Below, piece after piece: positions 46,442-56,149 of a stretch of 64,000 bases of DNA (positions are counted from its first letter, which is position 1; the number at the start of each line of letters is the position of its first letter). Both the position numbers and the translations under genes were made by a program. This stretch comes from Candidatus Micrarchaeota archaeon (lineage in GTDB: Archaea > Micrarchaeota > Micrarchaeia > Anstonellales > Bilamarchaeaceae): NCBI GenBank assembly GCA_043827025.1, contig JBDRPL010000019.1, forward strand, positions 32,001 to 96,000. The letters run 5' to 3'. Under the pieces are notes generated by a model. It made no database searches and was not told the DNA's origin. It saw only the letters and a program-made list of their open reading frames with translations.

Positions 46442-47170
46442 ATGATATTGGTAACCAATGACGACGGCTATTCCAGGGGCTTAGAAATGCTTCTTAAGGC
46501 TGCAAAGCAGGTGGATGAGGCATACGCAGTCATCCCTGCAAAGCACAGGAGTGCAGTTTCCTGCGCATTAACATCTCATAAGCCGCTTCGTTTTGCCAAG
46601 CATTCGCAGGACATTTATACCTTGAATGGCACTCCTGCAGATTGCGTTCTTTTTTCAATCTATTCAGGAGATGTCACGAAACCAGATTTGATTCTTTCAG
46701 GCCTTAATTTCGGGGACAATTCAGGACTAAGCGCAATTATTTGTTCAGGCACTTTAGGTGCTTGCCTCACAGCTTCAGTTGAAGGCGTGCCTGCGATTGG
46801 CTTTTCGCTCTGCATTCCAAACCGGGATGCATGGAGAAATAAAACAGAGTGGGGCGATGAAACAAAAATAGTCGAAGCAATTGTCAAACTCATAAAAGAA
46901 CTAAAATCCAAGATAAAAGACGGCATGTTTTTTAGTGTGAATCTGCCAATGTCTGATCTTGACAAGGCCAAAATAATCTATCCGGAGAAATTGCAGAGAT
47001 CAAGGTTCAAGACTATAATAACGAAAAGGAACGATCCTTATGATCTGCCGTATTATTGGTTGAGCGGTGATTATTCCAATGCAGAAAAAGGAACTGACCT
47101 TTATGAAGTCCTGGTCAACAAAAATATCACAGTAACCCCAATTTCTATAAATATGTTGTACGATAAATAG
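46442..47170 (+). CDS. surE: 5'/3'-nucleotidase SurE
   Basis: ILVTNDDG, GTPADCV, SGLNFGDN, SGTLGA, ITVTP. Confidence 0.95.
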   Translation: MILVTNDDGYSRGLEMLLKAAKQVDEAYAVIPAKHRSAVSCALTSHKPLRFAKHSQDIYTLNGTPADCVLFSIYSGDVTKPDLILSGLNFGDNSGLSAIICSGTLGACLTASVEGVPAIGFSLCIPNRDAWRNKTEWGDETKIVEAIVKLIKELKSKIKDGMFFSVNLPMSDLDKAKIIYPEKLQRSRFKTIITKRNDPYDLPYYWLSGDYSNAEKGTDLYEVLVNKNITVTPISINMLYDK

Positions 47171-47172
47171 TT

Positions 47173-47610
47173 ATGAATTGGAAGGCACATGTTACAATTG
47201 CAATTTTTCTGGCACTGTTTTTATTTTATTTCATGCGCTTTCCATTTGAAGTTTCGTTGCCTTTGGTTATTTTTGCAGGTTTGAGTGCTTTAGTTCCTGA
47301 CCTTGACCATGACATGAGCAAAGGAAGACAAATGCTCAATTATGCAGTTTTTGGCTATGCTATTGCATTTTCTTATTCTGCAAGTGGTTCACTTGGGCAG
47401 AAGTCCATTGTTTTCTTTGCAATAATCGGTGCCTATTTTTTGATTATCACTTTCCTAAAGCCAAGGCACAGAGGAATAGTCCATTCTATTTTGGTTTGTG
47501 TATTATATTCTTTGTTGGTCTATGTGCTGATTGGTTTGAATTTTGCAATTGCAGGATTTGTTGGGTATTTCTCGCATCTATTGGCGGATAAAGAAATGAA
47601 ATTAATTTAG
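47173..47610 (+). CDS. YdjM-like membrane metal-dependent hydrolase
   Basis: AH...PDLDH...HRGIVHS...SHLLAD with TM segments. Confidence 0.85.
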   Translation: MNWKAHVTIAIFLALFLFYFMRFPFEVSLPLVIFAGLSALVPDLDHDMSKGRQMLNYAVFGYAIAFSYSASGSLGQKSIVFFAIIGAYFLIITFLKPRHRGIVHSILVCVLYSLLVYVLIGLNFAIAGFVGYFSHLLADKEMKLI

Positions 47611-47626
47611 AAAAGTAATTGAAAAA

Positions 47627-47821
47627 TCAGAACTGATTTATTAGTCTATTGACTCCGACCAATGCGATTGTTGATATGGCTCCCAGATGCATGCCTTTTG
47701 AATAATTGATTGGGCTCATGCCAAACACTATTCCAAGCATCATTTCTGCAGTTGATGCAACAAGCAATCCATCTATCGCAAGACGGAGGTTTTTTATTAT
47801 TTTGGTGTTTGACATAATCAT
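47627..47821 (-). CDS. Small hydrophobic hypothetical protein
   Basis: 64-aa ORF with two hydrophobic stretches, 7 bp after the upstream orphan; AGGT RBS-like site. Confidence 0.45.
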   Translation of the reverse strand: MIMSNTKIIKNLRLAIDGLLVASTAEMMLGIVFGMSPINYSKGMHLGAISTIALVGVNRLINQF

Positions 47822-47828
47822 TACCTAA

Positions 47829-48110
47829 TTATTTTCCTATTTCTGCAAATGCCTTTAGTGCTGCGAGTGCAGTTATTTCAGGAGAACCGCATGTATTTGT
47901 TGGTTTAATACCATTGTCAAACCTCTTGCCTTTCCATATTGGATCAATAGGTGGTGGTAGGACTGGGGTTGTGCCTCTAGGGCATATGTCGAAATATGCG
48001 TTCCATCTTGCCGAGCCAGGTTCACCCAATGCTCTTTCAACCCTCATTTGTTTTGCAAGTGTCCTAACTCCAACTAACTGTTCGCGTTTTAATTTTGTCA
48101 AATGGGTCAC
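47829..48110 (-). CDS. Small hypothetical protein (orphan)
   Basis: 93-aa ORF directly downstream of the duplicated promoter module. Confidence 0.5.
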   Translation of the reverse strand: MTHLTKLKREQLVGVRTLAKQMRVERALGEPGSARWNAYFDICPRGTTPVLPPPIDPIWKGKRFDNGIKPTNTCGSPEITALAALKAFAEIGK

Positions 48111-48140
48111 CTTTGGATACTATTAATTATGCGTATTTCT

Positions 48141-48177
48141 CTTTTTAAACCTTCCTTTTTAACCGCTTTCTACAACA
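48141..48177 (-). promoter_or_regulatory. 37-bp duplicated promoter module, copy 2
   Basis: 34/37 identical to 43424-43460. Confidence 0.7.
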
Positions 48178-48546
48178 TTAAAGAACTTCTTTCCTTTTTG
48201 GTTCGCACTGGATATCTGCTGTTTTCTCAAGCCTTTCTTCGACGACTCCGTCCTTATTATAAGTAAAGAGGATTATGTTGCAGTCATAGGTGCCAGGTTC
48301 TGTGTCCGAAGAGGCATAAACCTTTATTGCTTTTTCAAGGAACGCCCCGCTGTCAATTATCCCGATTCTTATCCTGCCTTTGCCAAGTTGGCTTGTCGGA
48401 GATAATGAAATCTTTTCAGGAACATTCACATCTGCTTCTGCCCAGCAGACCTGACCCTTGTTTTCCATTCTAAGTATAATATCAATACTGTTCTGCATGT
48501 TCGCGAATAGCACTTCAGGATGCGTCTTGACCAATAGTTCTGCCAT
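48178..48546 (-). CDS. Hypothetical protein, possibly Ig-like beta sandwich
   Basis: Alternating beta pattern, MENKG, TEPGTY; likely start MAELL. Confidence 0.65.
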   Translation of the reverse strand: MAELLVKTHPEVLFANMQNSIDIILRMENKGQVCWAEADVNVPEKISLSPTSQLGKGRIRIGIIDSGAFLEKAIKVYASSDTEPGTYDCNIILFTYNKDGVVEERLEKTADIQCEPKRKEVL

Positions 48547-48571
48547 GGAATATTGCTGGAGGCAATATTTC

Positions 48572-51133
48572 TTAATTATTTGTCCCATACTCTTCCATGA
48601 TTTCCTCTTGACTCAATACTCTGTCATATATTTTCACTTCATCCATGTCTCCCCTGAAGAATGTGTTGATGCCTTTATTCGAGCCAATGTATATCATTGC
48701 TCCTGTGTCGAATCCGCCAATCCCACTTACTCCAAATTGCTTTATCATGGTGCCATTAACATAGACCTTTGCCATTGAATCGCGATCGAATGTCATCACG
48801 ACTTGAGTCCATCTATTCTTTGGAATTACGGTTTTTGAAAGGTATGTCTCTGTAATCTCTCCATCCCTGAATGCGAGATGCGGCCTTCTGGAACTCAGTA
48901 TCATAGCATATGAAGGATCTGTATTCCTGTTTGACACCATATACCCTCCGCTGTAATTTGTTCTTACCCATAAGGATATTGAGAAATCTTCATTGTCTCC
49001 GAAATTGGTTTCGTCTGTTGTTTCTATCGAGATGTAGTCATTTGCCCCATCCATCCTGCATGCATTTCCTTTAACTCCGTTTGCTACGAATTGCATCTCT
49101 CCATGATATTGTTCCTGCCCAAAAGTATCGCAATTTATTGTCAATACAGGGCCTGCTGGAGGCAATGTTTGGTTTGTCTGGTTTTGAGTTGGGGGTTGCG
49201 TTTGGTTTGTATTGTTTTGAGGCTGAATCTCCCCAAGATATTCATATGCCCCAATGTCATATCCATTCCCAGACGGCCTTGTATTCCCATCCATATCGAA
49301 AATAGGAGCAAGCATGCCAGTTCCCTTATCTATGGCAGGGCTATTCATAAGCAAACGGAAATTATTCAGATTCGCTGCAACAAATAATGGGTCAAGCCCC
49401 ATTGAGCCTTGTTCCAGCCCAGTTTGTTGGGTCAACAATCCATTTTGGATGTCCTGAATCGTGAATCTGCCATATTTTCCTTCAACAGCATAGTTGTTGC
49501 CTGTTCCGAAATAGATATTGTTGCTCATGCTTCTTACAGTTGCTCCATTTCCAATGTGGAATCCGCCGTTGTTGAATGCGAATATGTTGTTATGGAAAGA
49601 AAAGCTTGCAGTCTGGCCTGCATCATATACTGCGTATGCGCCATAATCTCCATATATTATTCCGTTGAATGCAATCACGTTGTTGATTACATCCACATCA
49701 GCGCCATTGGCAATGACCAGTCCTGCCAATCCATTGCGGTATGTCAGGGAATTTTTCATTGAGCCTCCGACTCCCCAAAGTTTTATTCCGTTCCTTGCGT
49801 TGTATCTTGAGATTGAATCAATGATCTGGGTATTGTCTGATTTTGAATCAAAACCGTCGCCTGCATTGTATTCGGAGAGCGAATTCTCGATGATTATATC
49901 ATGGCTTCCACCTTCAAAAGCAATTCCGTCTGCAGCTGTGTTTGAGTCTGTACCCCCATTGTCACTCGCAGTGAAGTTCTTGAAATGCACGTAGTTGCAT
50001 GGGCCAGGAGCACAGTCAAATCCTGCCAATTCATTATGGTGAGTCTTAAAATTTATAAGAGTCAAATAGCTTACCTCTCCCAAAGATCCTGGATCTGTCA
50101 CTCTGATTCCTGTGTTCGTATTATGTAAATCAATATTGCTAAATGTTATATGACTTGCTCCGCCATGCACATAAATTCCATATCCTACGAAGTTTTTGAT
50201 TTCTAAACCATTTATCACAAGATGTCTTGCTGAAGAAGTTATTGTTGGCATGTCCCACTTATACATTGTAGCTCCATCAATTACTACTTTTTCATTATCA
50301 TATGCACTTATGGTTATAGGAGCGTTTTCAGTACCAGCAATGTCAAATAAAGCTGCCTGAGTATAGGTTCCACCTCGAATATATAGGGCATCTCCAGGCT
50401 CTAGTCTGTCCAATCCTTCGCCTATTGTTGCGAGTGGTTGATCTATTGTTCCTGAGTTTGCATCGTTTCCTGTTGTTGATACATAATATGTACTCAAATT
50501 AGGCTGGGTCGGATCAACAGGTGTGTCATTCTGCGGTGGATTGACTGGCGGAAGCGTCTCGTTTTGCGCAGGTGGCTGAGTATTATTCTGCGGTGGTGTA
50601 ATTGTTATCGGCGCAGGAGGGGTTGTATCATAATTTTCAATTCCCTGATCTCTCCCTTGAGGACAAACATTTGCCTGGCTTTCAACACCTGTTATTGGGT
50701 CAGTTATTATTGGATTAGAAATATATCTACAAGTGTCTGAATATTTTTCACCCATTGCATCTGTTCCATAGGGACCTTCATTATAAACACCGTCTTCATC
50801 TATGTCCCAGCATATCCATGCTCTTTGAGTATAAGGGTCTGCACCACCTAATCTATCTGCAATATTAAGAACGTATCTCCATGTATTCGGATCCATTGTT
50901 ATTTTTTTGTTTGTTGCTGGATCATAGGGGTTTGAAGCATTTACCAATGGATAAATCAGATAATAAGGATAGTATGCGGCATCAACATTGCAATATGCGT
51001 CGAACCCTACAACCTGTATGTCCATGTCTGTTGCATCTGGATTGTTATCGCCATCAACATCTGTGCTGTATGCAAATGCAAAACTGCTCAGAAACACCAG
51101 CATCAATCCAATTAAGAGAATTGTTTTTTTCAT
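48572..51133 (-). CDS. Secreted right-handed beta-helix protein with C-terminal LamG-like domain
   Basis: Signal peptide MKKTILL; P/Q/N/T linkers; YYVSTTGNDANSGT, LYIRGGTY, GDGFD repeats; SPAIDKG...DIGAYE; FSISLWV...FRGDMDEVKIYDRVLS. Confidence 0.85.
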   Translation of the reverse strand: MKKTILLIGLMLVFLSSFAFAYSTDVDGDNNPDATDMDIQVVGFDAYCNVDAAYYPYYLIYPLVNASNPYDPATNKKITMDPNTWRYVLNIADRLGGADPYTQRAWICWDIDEDGVYNEGPYGTDAMGEKYSDTCRYISNPIITDPITGVESQANVCPQGRDQGIENYDTTPPAPITITPPQNNTQPPAQNETLPPVNPPQNDTPVDPTQPNLSTYYVSTTGNDANSGTIDQPLATIGEGLDRLEPGDALYIRGGTYTQAALFDIAGTENAPITISAYDNEKVVIDGATMYKWDMPTITSSARHLVINGLEIKNFVGYGIYVHGGASHITFSNIDLHNTNTGIRVTDPGSLGEVSYLTLINFKTHHNELAGFDCAPGPCNYVHFKNFTASDNGGTDSNTAADGIAFEGGSHDIIIENSLSEYNAGDGFDSKSDNTQIIDSISRYNARNGIKLWGVGGSMKNSLTYRNGLAGLVIANGADVDVINNVIAFNGIIYGDYGAYAVYDAGQTASFSFHNNIFAFNNGGFHIGNGATVRSMSNNIYFGTGNNYAVEGKYGRFTIQDIQNGLLTQQTGLEQGSMGLDPLFVAANLNNFRLLMNSPAIDKGTGMLAPIFDMDGNTRPSGNGYDIGAYEYLGEIQPQNNTNQTQPPTQNQTNQTLPPAGPVLTINCDTFGQEQYHGEMQFVANGVKGNACRMDGANDYISIETTDETNFGDNEDFSISLWVRTNYSGGYMVSNRNTDPSYAMILSSRRPHLAFRDGEITETYLSKTVIPKNRWTQVVMTFDRDSMAKVYVNGTMIKQFGVSGIGGFDTGAMIYIGSNKGINTFFRGDMDEVKIYDRVLSQEEIMEEYGTNN

Positions 51134-51314
51134 AGTAACCAGTCCTTGTAGCCAAATAATATTTTGACTCGTTACTGTCATTTGCAGTTCATATACTTAA
51201 ATGTTCCAGTAACCTTTTCCAACTTTTTACGAAATTCGCAAATTAATGTTCAAACCTCAAACAATAACCTTTTAAATTTCAAACAATATCTTAGAATGCA
51301 ATGGTGTTTTCTAC

Positions 51315-51761
51315 ATGATTCCAGAGTCAAAACTAATACGTTCAGAATTAACGCTAAGGGAAATGTCTTTGCCTGAAGAAACAAAGTTAACGCGCAAATC
51401 CCTCATTAGATGGGTTGCCCTTTCCTTTGGTTTAATTCATCCGAATGAATCAAGAAAGTTGTTGCTTGACGTGCTTGAAGTTCTATTCATGTATCATGTG
51501 AAAAATACCACTCCGACCACACAGCATGTGCTCGATTCCCTAAAAGAATTGGATGGAAAGGACCCGAACCCAAAGGCAGTTTATTATCATCTATTAAAAT
51601 TGAAGGAAGCAGGCCTGATCTCCAGAAAGAAAGGGCAATATTATTTTGATGACGAAGGCAAGACCTTGTCAGAGACTTTTAAGGTGTTCTATCAGAAGAA
51701 GTTCAATGAGTCATTCAAGAACATTGACGAAGCGCTGAAAAAGCTGGAGACGAACTACTAG
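51315..51761 (+). CDS. Winged-helix domain protein
   Basis: KAVYYHLLKLKEAGLISRKKGQY. Confidence 0.7.
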   Translation: MIPESKLIRSELTLREMSLPEETKLTRKSLIRWVALSFGLIHPNESRKLLLDVLEVLFMYHVKNTTPTTQHVLDSLKELDGKDPNPKAVYYHLLKLKEAGLISRKKGQYYFDDEGKTLSETFKVFYQKKFNESFKNIDEALKKLETNY

Positions 51762-51825
51762 CAAACCGCAGGGGAATAAGTCATATTTAAAATAACATGT
51801 CATGAATATTTTGGCAGGTAGTATT

Positions 51826-53073
51826 ATGGTTGAACTTAAAGGTTTTTACAAGCTTTCCGTTGAAGAGCGATTGAAGCTCTTGGAACGCGAGAAATTGCTT
51901 TCTAATCAATCAGTCCAGCTCCTGAAAAATGGAAACGCGCTGAAGATTGAGGTTGCAGACAGAATGGTTGAGAATGTAATCGGAACAATCCAGTTGCCAA
52001 TTGGCATAGCGACTAATTTCAAAATCAATGGAAAAGATTACCAGGTGCCTATGGCAATAGAAGAAGCATCTGTAATTGCAGCAGCATCCAAGGCTGCGAA
52101 GCTCTGTTTGCCAGAGGGGTTCACGGCAGAAGCCGATGAGCCAGTGATGATGGGCCATGTTCAGCTTATGAACATATCCAATGTAGGGAATGCGTTGTCA
52201 AACCTAAGCAAGCACAGGAACGAAATCATTGCAATAGCAAGGGAATCCTCAAAAGTAATGGAGCAGTATGGCGGAGGATTTAGGGAAGTAGTATTCAAGG
52301 AATTGAAGAATGCAAGAACAGGGACAATTATTGCAGAATTTTACGTTGATGTAAGAGATGCAATGGGAGCCAACACAGTCAACACGATTCTCGAACAAGT
52401 GGCTCCAATGCTTTCTGAAATCACAGGTGGAAAAACAAGATTAAGAATCATAAGCAATCTCGCAATCAGGAGAAAAGTAAGGGCAAAAGCCATATGGAAA
52501 AAAGAAGTAATCGGCGAAGATGGCGTTGAAGGTGTTTTGGATGGCTATGATTTTGCAAAGAATGATGTTTACCGGTGCGCCACCCACAACAAAGGAGTGA
52601 TGAATGGAATTGATGCAGTTGCAATTGCAACTGGCAATGACTGGCGCGCAGTTGAAGCAGGCATGCACAGTTTTGCATCATTGAATGGCTATCATCCAAT
52701 AACAAAGTATGAGAAGGACAAGAATGGAAACCTTGTAGGAACAATCGAGCTTCCGCTTCCTGTTGCAACAGTTGGTGGCGCAATCAATACTCTGCCGCAT
52801 GCGAAGGTGGCACTTGAGCTTCTTGGTGCAAAATCAGCGAAGGAACTTGCAATGGCCATGGTGTGCGTAGGGCTTGCCAATAATTTTGCTGCCCTATTGG
52901 CTTTGTCAACAGTAGGTATCCAGGAAGGCCATATGAAATTGCATTCAAGGAATCTTGCAGTGATCGCAGGTGCGAAAACAGATAAAGAAATAACTTGTGT
53001 TTCTGACAAGATGAACGAAGAAAAGAAATTCTCAGTTGATTATGCTAAAAAACTTTTGGAAGAAATGAGGTAG
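51826..53073 (+). CDS. mvaA: Hydroxymethylglutaryl-CoA reductase, class II
   Basis: ENVIG, EEASV, DAMGAN, ISNL, ATHNKG, GNDWRAVEAG, GIQEGHMKLH. Confidence 0.95.
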   Translation: MVELKGFYKLSVEERLKLLEREKLLSNQSVQLLKNGNALKIEVADRMVENVIGTIQLPIGIATNFKINGKDYQVPMAIEEASVIAAASKAAKLCLPEGFTAEADEPVMMGHVQLMNISNVGNALSNLSKHRNEIIAIARESSKVMEQYGGGFREVVFKELKNARTGTIIAEFYVDVRDAMGANTVNTILEQVAPMLSEITGGKTRLRIISNLAIRRKVRAKAIWKKEVIGEDGVEGVLDGYDFAKNDVYRCATHNKGVMNGIDAVAIATGNDWRAVEAGMHSFASLNGYHPITKYEKDKNGNLVGTIELPLPVATVGGAINTLPHAKVALELLGAKSAKELAMAMVCVGLANNFAALLALSTVGIQEGHMKLHSRNLAVIAGAKTDKEITCVSDKMNEEKKFSVDYAKKLLEEMR

Positions 53074-53078
53074 AAAAA

Positions 53079-54473
53079 ATGAACGAAACATTCAAAAAGC
53101 ACGCATTTCCAGTCATTCTCTTGATTTTGTTCTGCACAGGGATTTATCTTGCATTCGGTGGCGGCCCAATCTCAGACCATGCTTATGGGGAATTGCTCGA
53201 ATACACGACAAAAGGATACATGCATCTTTTGAATCTGGATGTTTCCATGGTTCGTTTTGCAGTTTTATTCTTTACTTTCATTTCGTCTATTTTGGTTTAT
53301 TTTTCATTCAAGGAAAACCAGAAGGTTGCAATACTGGCAGCAATGCTTTTCATGAGCGCGAATGTGCCTAACATGGTTTTCATAAATTCGATAATGCAGC
53401 CTTTAATAATGCTGATAGCTTCACTTGGATTCGCCCTTTTCTACCTCAACAAAAAATCCACTACCCGCTATCTTTCGGTCTTGCTTTTTTTGGCAGCTGT
53501 TTTTCTAGCTTATCCTTCATTTACTTACGAACTTTCATATCATGAGGTTGGCCTGTTGCTTCCTTTGGCAGTGCTTGGAATTTTCATGGCTGAGGAACTC
53601 GTATTCCTCGCAGTAGGCATTGCATTCCTTTATCTTTATCCTCAGATTTCAATGGTTGTGTTCGCATTCACAGGTGCTGCAGCATTGCAGAAATTCTTTA
53701 ATGATTTCCAGAACAAGAAGATGTGGCTTGTTTTCCTGCTTGCGTTTTTCATTTCAGTTTTCAGTTTCGAGCTGGTGCAAAGCAATATTATATTAGGTGC
53801 AGTTGTAGGTGCGATGCTCTATGGAGTATTATATTTATATGAATTCAAAGTCGAAGGTTTGAAAACAGCGTTTATAGCTGCCTTGTTATTGTCATCAGTT
53901 CTCATAGGGCTTAATTCGGCATATGCAAGTGGAATGAGGAATCCGTCAAGCGGACATATTGAGCTTTACAAATCTTTTGGCCCGCAATCCGCATATGTGC
54001 TTGCATTTCCAAATTCATTTGAGTATTATACTGGTGCAAAAGCCAATCTGCTGACAAGGGAGAACCTTCTCTCAAACAAGTCTGCGTCAGGAATGGCTGT
54101 AATCGCTTCAAGCGAAGACCTATTCCAATTGTTCAAGGATGACCCAATTGTATTCTATTTCTACGGCTTCTCGAAAAAGCCTGATGGGCAGTACGTTGCT
54201 GTTTTCTTTAACCCCACCTATGTTCTGCAGGTTCCTTCTGATCCAAATCTTGGATTTACTGACGATGCTTATATATTCGATCCGCAGACAGGCAAAACTA
54301 TTTCGACAGTCATTTCCCCGAGGCTCAAACTTTTCAACAAGAAAGATGAGCTTTCTCAGGGCATACTTCTCATAAATACAGAAGATGTAAGGGGTACGGT
54401 TCTATATAACATGTTATTCAATTCTCAGATCGTTTCAGAATTCGGTAACGTGAAACTCTTCAAGGTGGAATGA
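53079..54473 (+). CDS. Polytopic membrane protein with soluble C-terminal domain (GT-C-like architecture)
   Basis: About 10-11 hydrophobic segments then a soluble domain; coupled to the next gene by ATGA overlap. Function is a guess. Confidence 0.65.
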   Translation: MNETFKKHAFPVILLILFCTGIYLAFGGGPISDHAYGELLEYTTKGYMHLLNLDVSMVRFAVLFFTFISSILVYFSFKENQKVAILAAMLFMSANVPNMVFINSIMQPLIMLIASLGFALFYLNKKSTTRYLSVLLFLAAVFLAYPSFTYELSYHEVGLLLPLAVLGIFMAEELVFLAVGIAFLYLYPQISMVVFAFTGAAALQKFFNDFQNKKMWLVFLLAFFISVFSFELVQSNIILGAVVGAMLYGVLYLYEFKVEGLKTAFIAALLLSSVLIGLNSAYASGMRNPSSGHIELYKSFGPQSAYVLAFPNSFEYYTGAKANLLTRENLLSNKSASGMAVIASSEDLFQLFKDDPIVFYFYGFSKKPDGQYVAVFFNPTYVLQVPSDPNLGFTDDAYIFDPQTGKTISTVISPRLKLFNKKDELSQGILLINTEDVRGTVLYNMLFNSQIVSEFGNVKLFKVE

Positions 54474-55444
54474 TGCTGGTCTATCTTTCGGTATTTGCCA
54501 TTTCTTTTCTCATTTGCTTTCTGTTTACCTATCTCCTGATTCCACGGTTGAGGCGGGTGGGCATTTCAGGCAAGGATATCAACAAGCCAGATGCCCCTGA
54601 AGTTGCGGAGATGGGCGGTCTTGCAATTGTCGCTGGTTTTTCAGCAGGTGTGTTGCTTGCAGTTTTTGCAAACAGCTTCTTTTCATTCGATTTCAATTTG
54701 ATCTTTATTCTTGCAGCCCTGATAACGATACTTGCAGTTGCAATAATAGGCATAGTGGATGATCTGCTCGACATTCCCCAATGGTTCAAAGCACTGCTTC
54801 CCCTATTCGCAGCAGTTCCACTTATTGCAGTGAATGCAGCTGAAAGCACATCTATTTTGATACCCTTTATAGGTCCAGTTGATTTTGGGATTTTTTTCCT
54901 TATAGTCCTTATCCCTATCGGAGTTGCAGTTTCATCCAATCTCACAAATATGTTTGCAGGTTTCAATGGCCTTGAATCCTCTCTCGGAGTCGTGATATTT
55001 GCGACTGTTGCAATACTTGCCCTCACGCATGGGTTGACTGAGATGTCTATCCTTTCCATAGCGATAATCGGTGCGCTTCTTGCATTTTTGGTCTTCAACA
55101 GATATCCTTCAAAAATATTTCCAGGGGATGTTGGCAACCTTTCCATTGGCGCAATACTTGCAAGTGCAGTCATAATAGGCAATTTTGAGGCAGCTGGCGC
55201 TCTTTTGCTGATTCCATACATCATCGATTTTTTTATAAAAGCATACAATAAATTCCCGAGCAGCAAATGGTGGGGCGTTCCTAAGGATGGGAAGCTCTAT
55301 CCTGTTGATGGCAAGGTCAGAGGATTTGCACAGCTTGTTATGAAGAGGTTCAATGGCATCAGCGAACAGAGGCTTGTACTGTTCTTCATTTGCCTTGAGA
55401 TATTGGTTGCTGTTGCTGTTCTGGGATTTTTCTTCACGAACTAA
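54470..55444 (+). CDS. UDP-GlcNAc:dolichol-phosphate GlcNAc-1-phosphate transferase (AglH/MraY family)
   Basis: GKDINKP, EMGG, GIVDD, NLTNMFAGFNGLE, FNRYPSKIFPGDVG. Confidence 0.9.
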   Translation: MMLVYLSVFAISFLICFLFTYLLIPRLRRVGISGKDINKPDAPEVAEMGGLAIVAGFSAGVLLAVFANSFFSFDFNLIFILAALITILAVAIIGIVDDLLDIPQWFKALLPLFAAVPLIAVNAAESTSILIPFIGPVDFGIFFLIVLIPIGVAVSSNLTNMFAGFNGLESSLGVVIFATVAILALTHGLTEMSILSIAIIGALLAFLVFNRYPSKIFPGDVGNLSIGAILASAVIIGNFEAAGALLLIPYIIDFFIKAYNKFPSSKWWGVPKDGKLYPVDGKVRGFAQLVMKRFNGISEQRLVLFFICLEILVAVAVLGFFFTN

Positions 55445-55497
55445 TTTTTTCCAATTTGCTATTACTTTAAATTACTTTGTTTATAACCTTACGTGCA

Positions 55498-56118
55498 ATG
55501 GCATCAAAATACTTACACGCACAGAACCTGGGAGGTTACATTCGCTTTGGAACTGATGGCAGGAAAAGAAGCCTTTGGACCTTGCATAACGGAGTTCTTG
55601 CAGAATACCATTTCCATGAAATTTACAAGAGATTGGCTGAAGTGAATGGGCTATGGAAAACTCATTTTCGGATCCCAAGTCTTGATTTTGTAAGATTTCT
55701 GCTCCACGAACGTCGTGATCTTTTTAGTACCTATCTTACAGGCCAGGATCTTATAGTTGATAGGGTGGTTGCTTATGAAAGGCAAGGTGTTCCTCTTGGA
55801 GGCGTGGTTTCTTTTGAATCCAAAGGCAGGACTTTTGTCATGCCAACAGGGCAGTTCATAGGTTTGACTGATGTTGCATTAATGGTTTCATATTATAGTT
55901 CTCGTATTAGTGAGGTTGATAGTAAAGTGATTATATGTCCTCTGAAAACTAGGCTAGTTTCAGTTGAGGCTTTTCGATCTAATGGTTTGGATCCTGGTCT
56001 TCCCAGAGAGGTGTTAACTCTTGATTCAGCATTTGTGGGTCCTTTGGTCATCCCATTGGACAAAAATGGAGAACCAAAATCAATTGACTTGACCCGGACT
56101 ACATTCAGAATTGATTGA
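55498..56118 (+). CDS. Hypothetical protein (orphan)
   Basis: ~206-aa ORF filling the gap; no recognised motif. Confidence 0.55.
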   Translation: MASKYLHAQNLGGYIRFGTDGRKRSLWTLHNGVLAEYHFHEIYKRLAEVNGLWKTHFRIPSLDFVRFLLHERRDLFSTYLTGQDLIVDRVVAYERQGVPLGGVVSFESKGRTFVMPTGQFIGLTDVALMVSYYSSRISEVDSKVIICPLKTRLVSVEAFRSNGLDPGLPREVLTLDSAFVGPLVIPLDKNGEPKSIDLTRTTFRID

Positions 56119-56149
56119 CTTAAATTTTTTTCATAATCTGTAGAAATTG

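Noticed and set aside
51195..51235. GTTCCAGT as an ORB / replication origin
   Set aside because: Single partial match, no G-string, no repeats and no cdc6/orc1 nearby.
54529..55266. 245-aa minus-strand ORF and the many other antisense or nested ORFs
   Set aside because: They are shadows of well-supported genes on the other strand or frame and carry no motifs.
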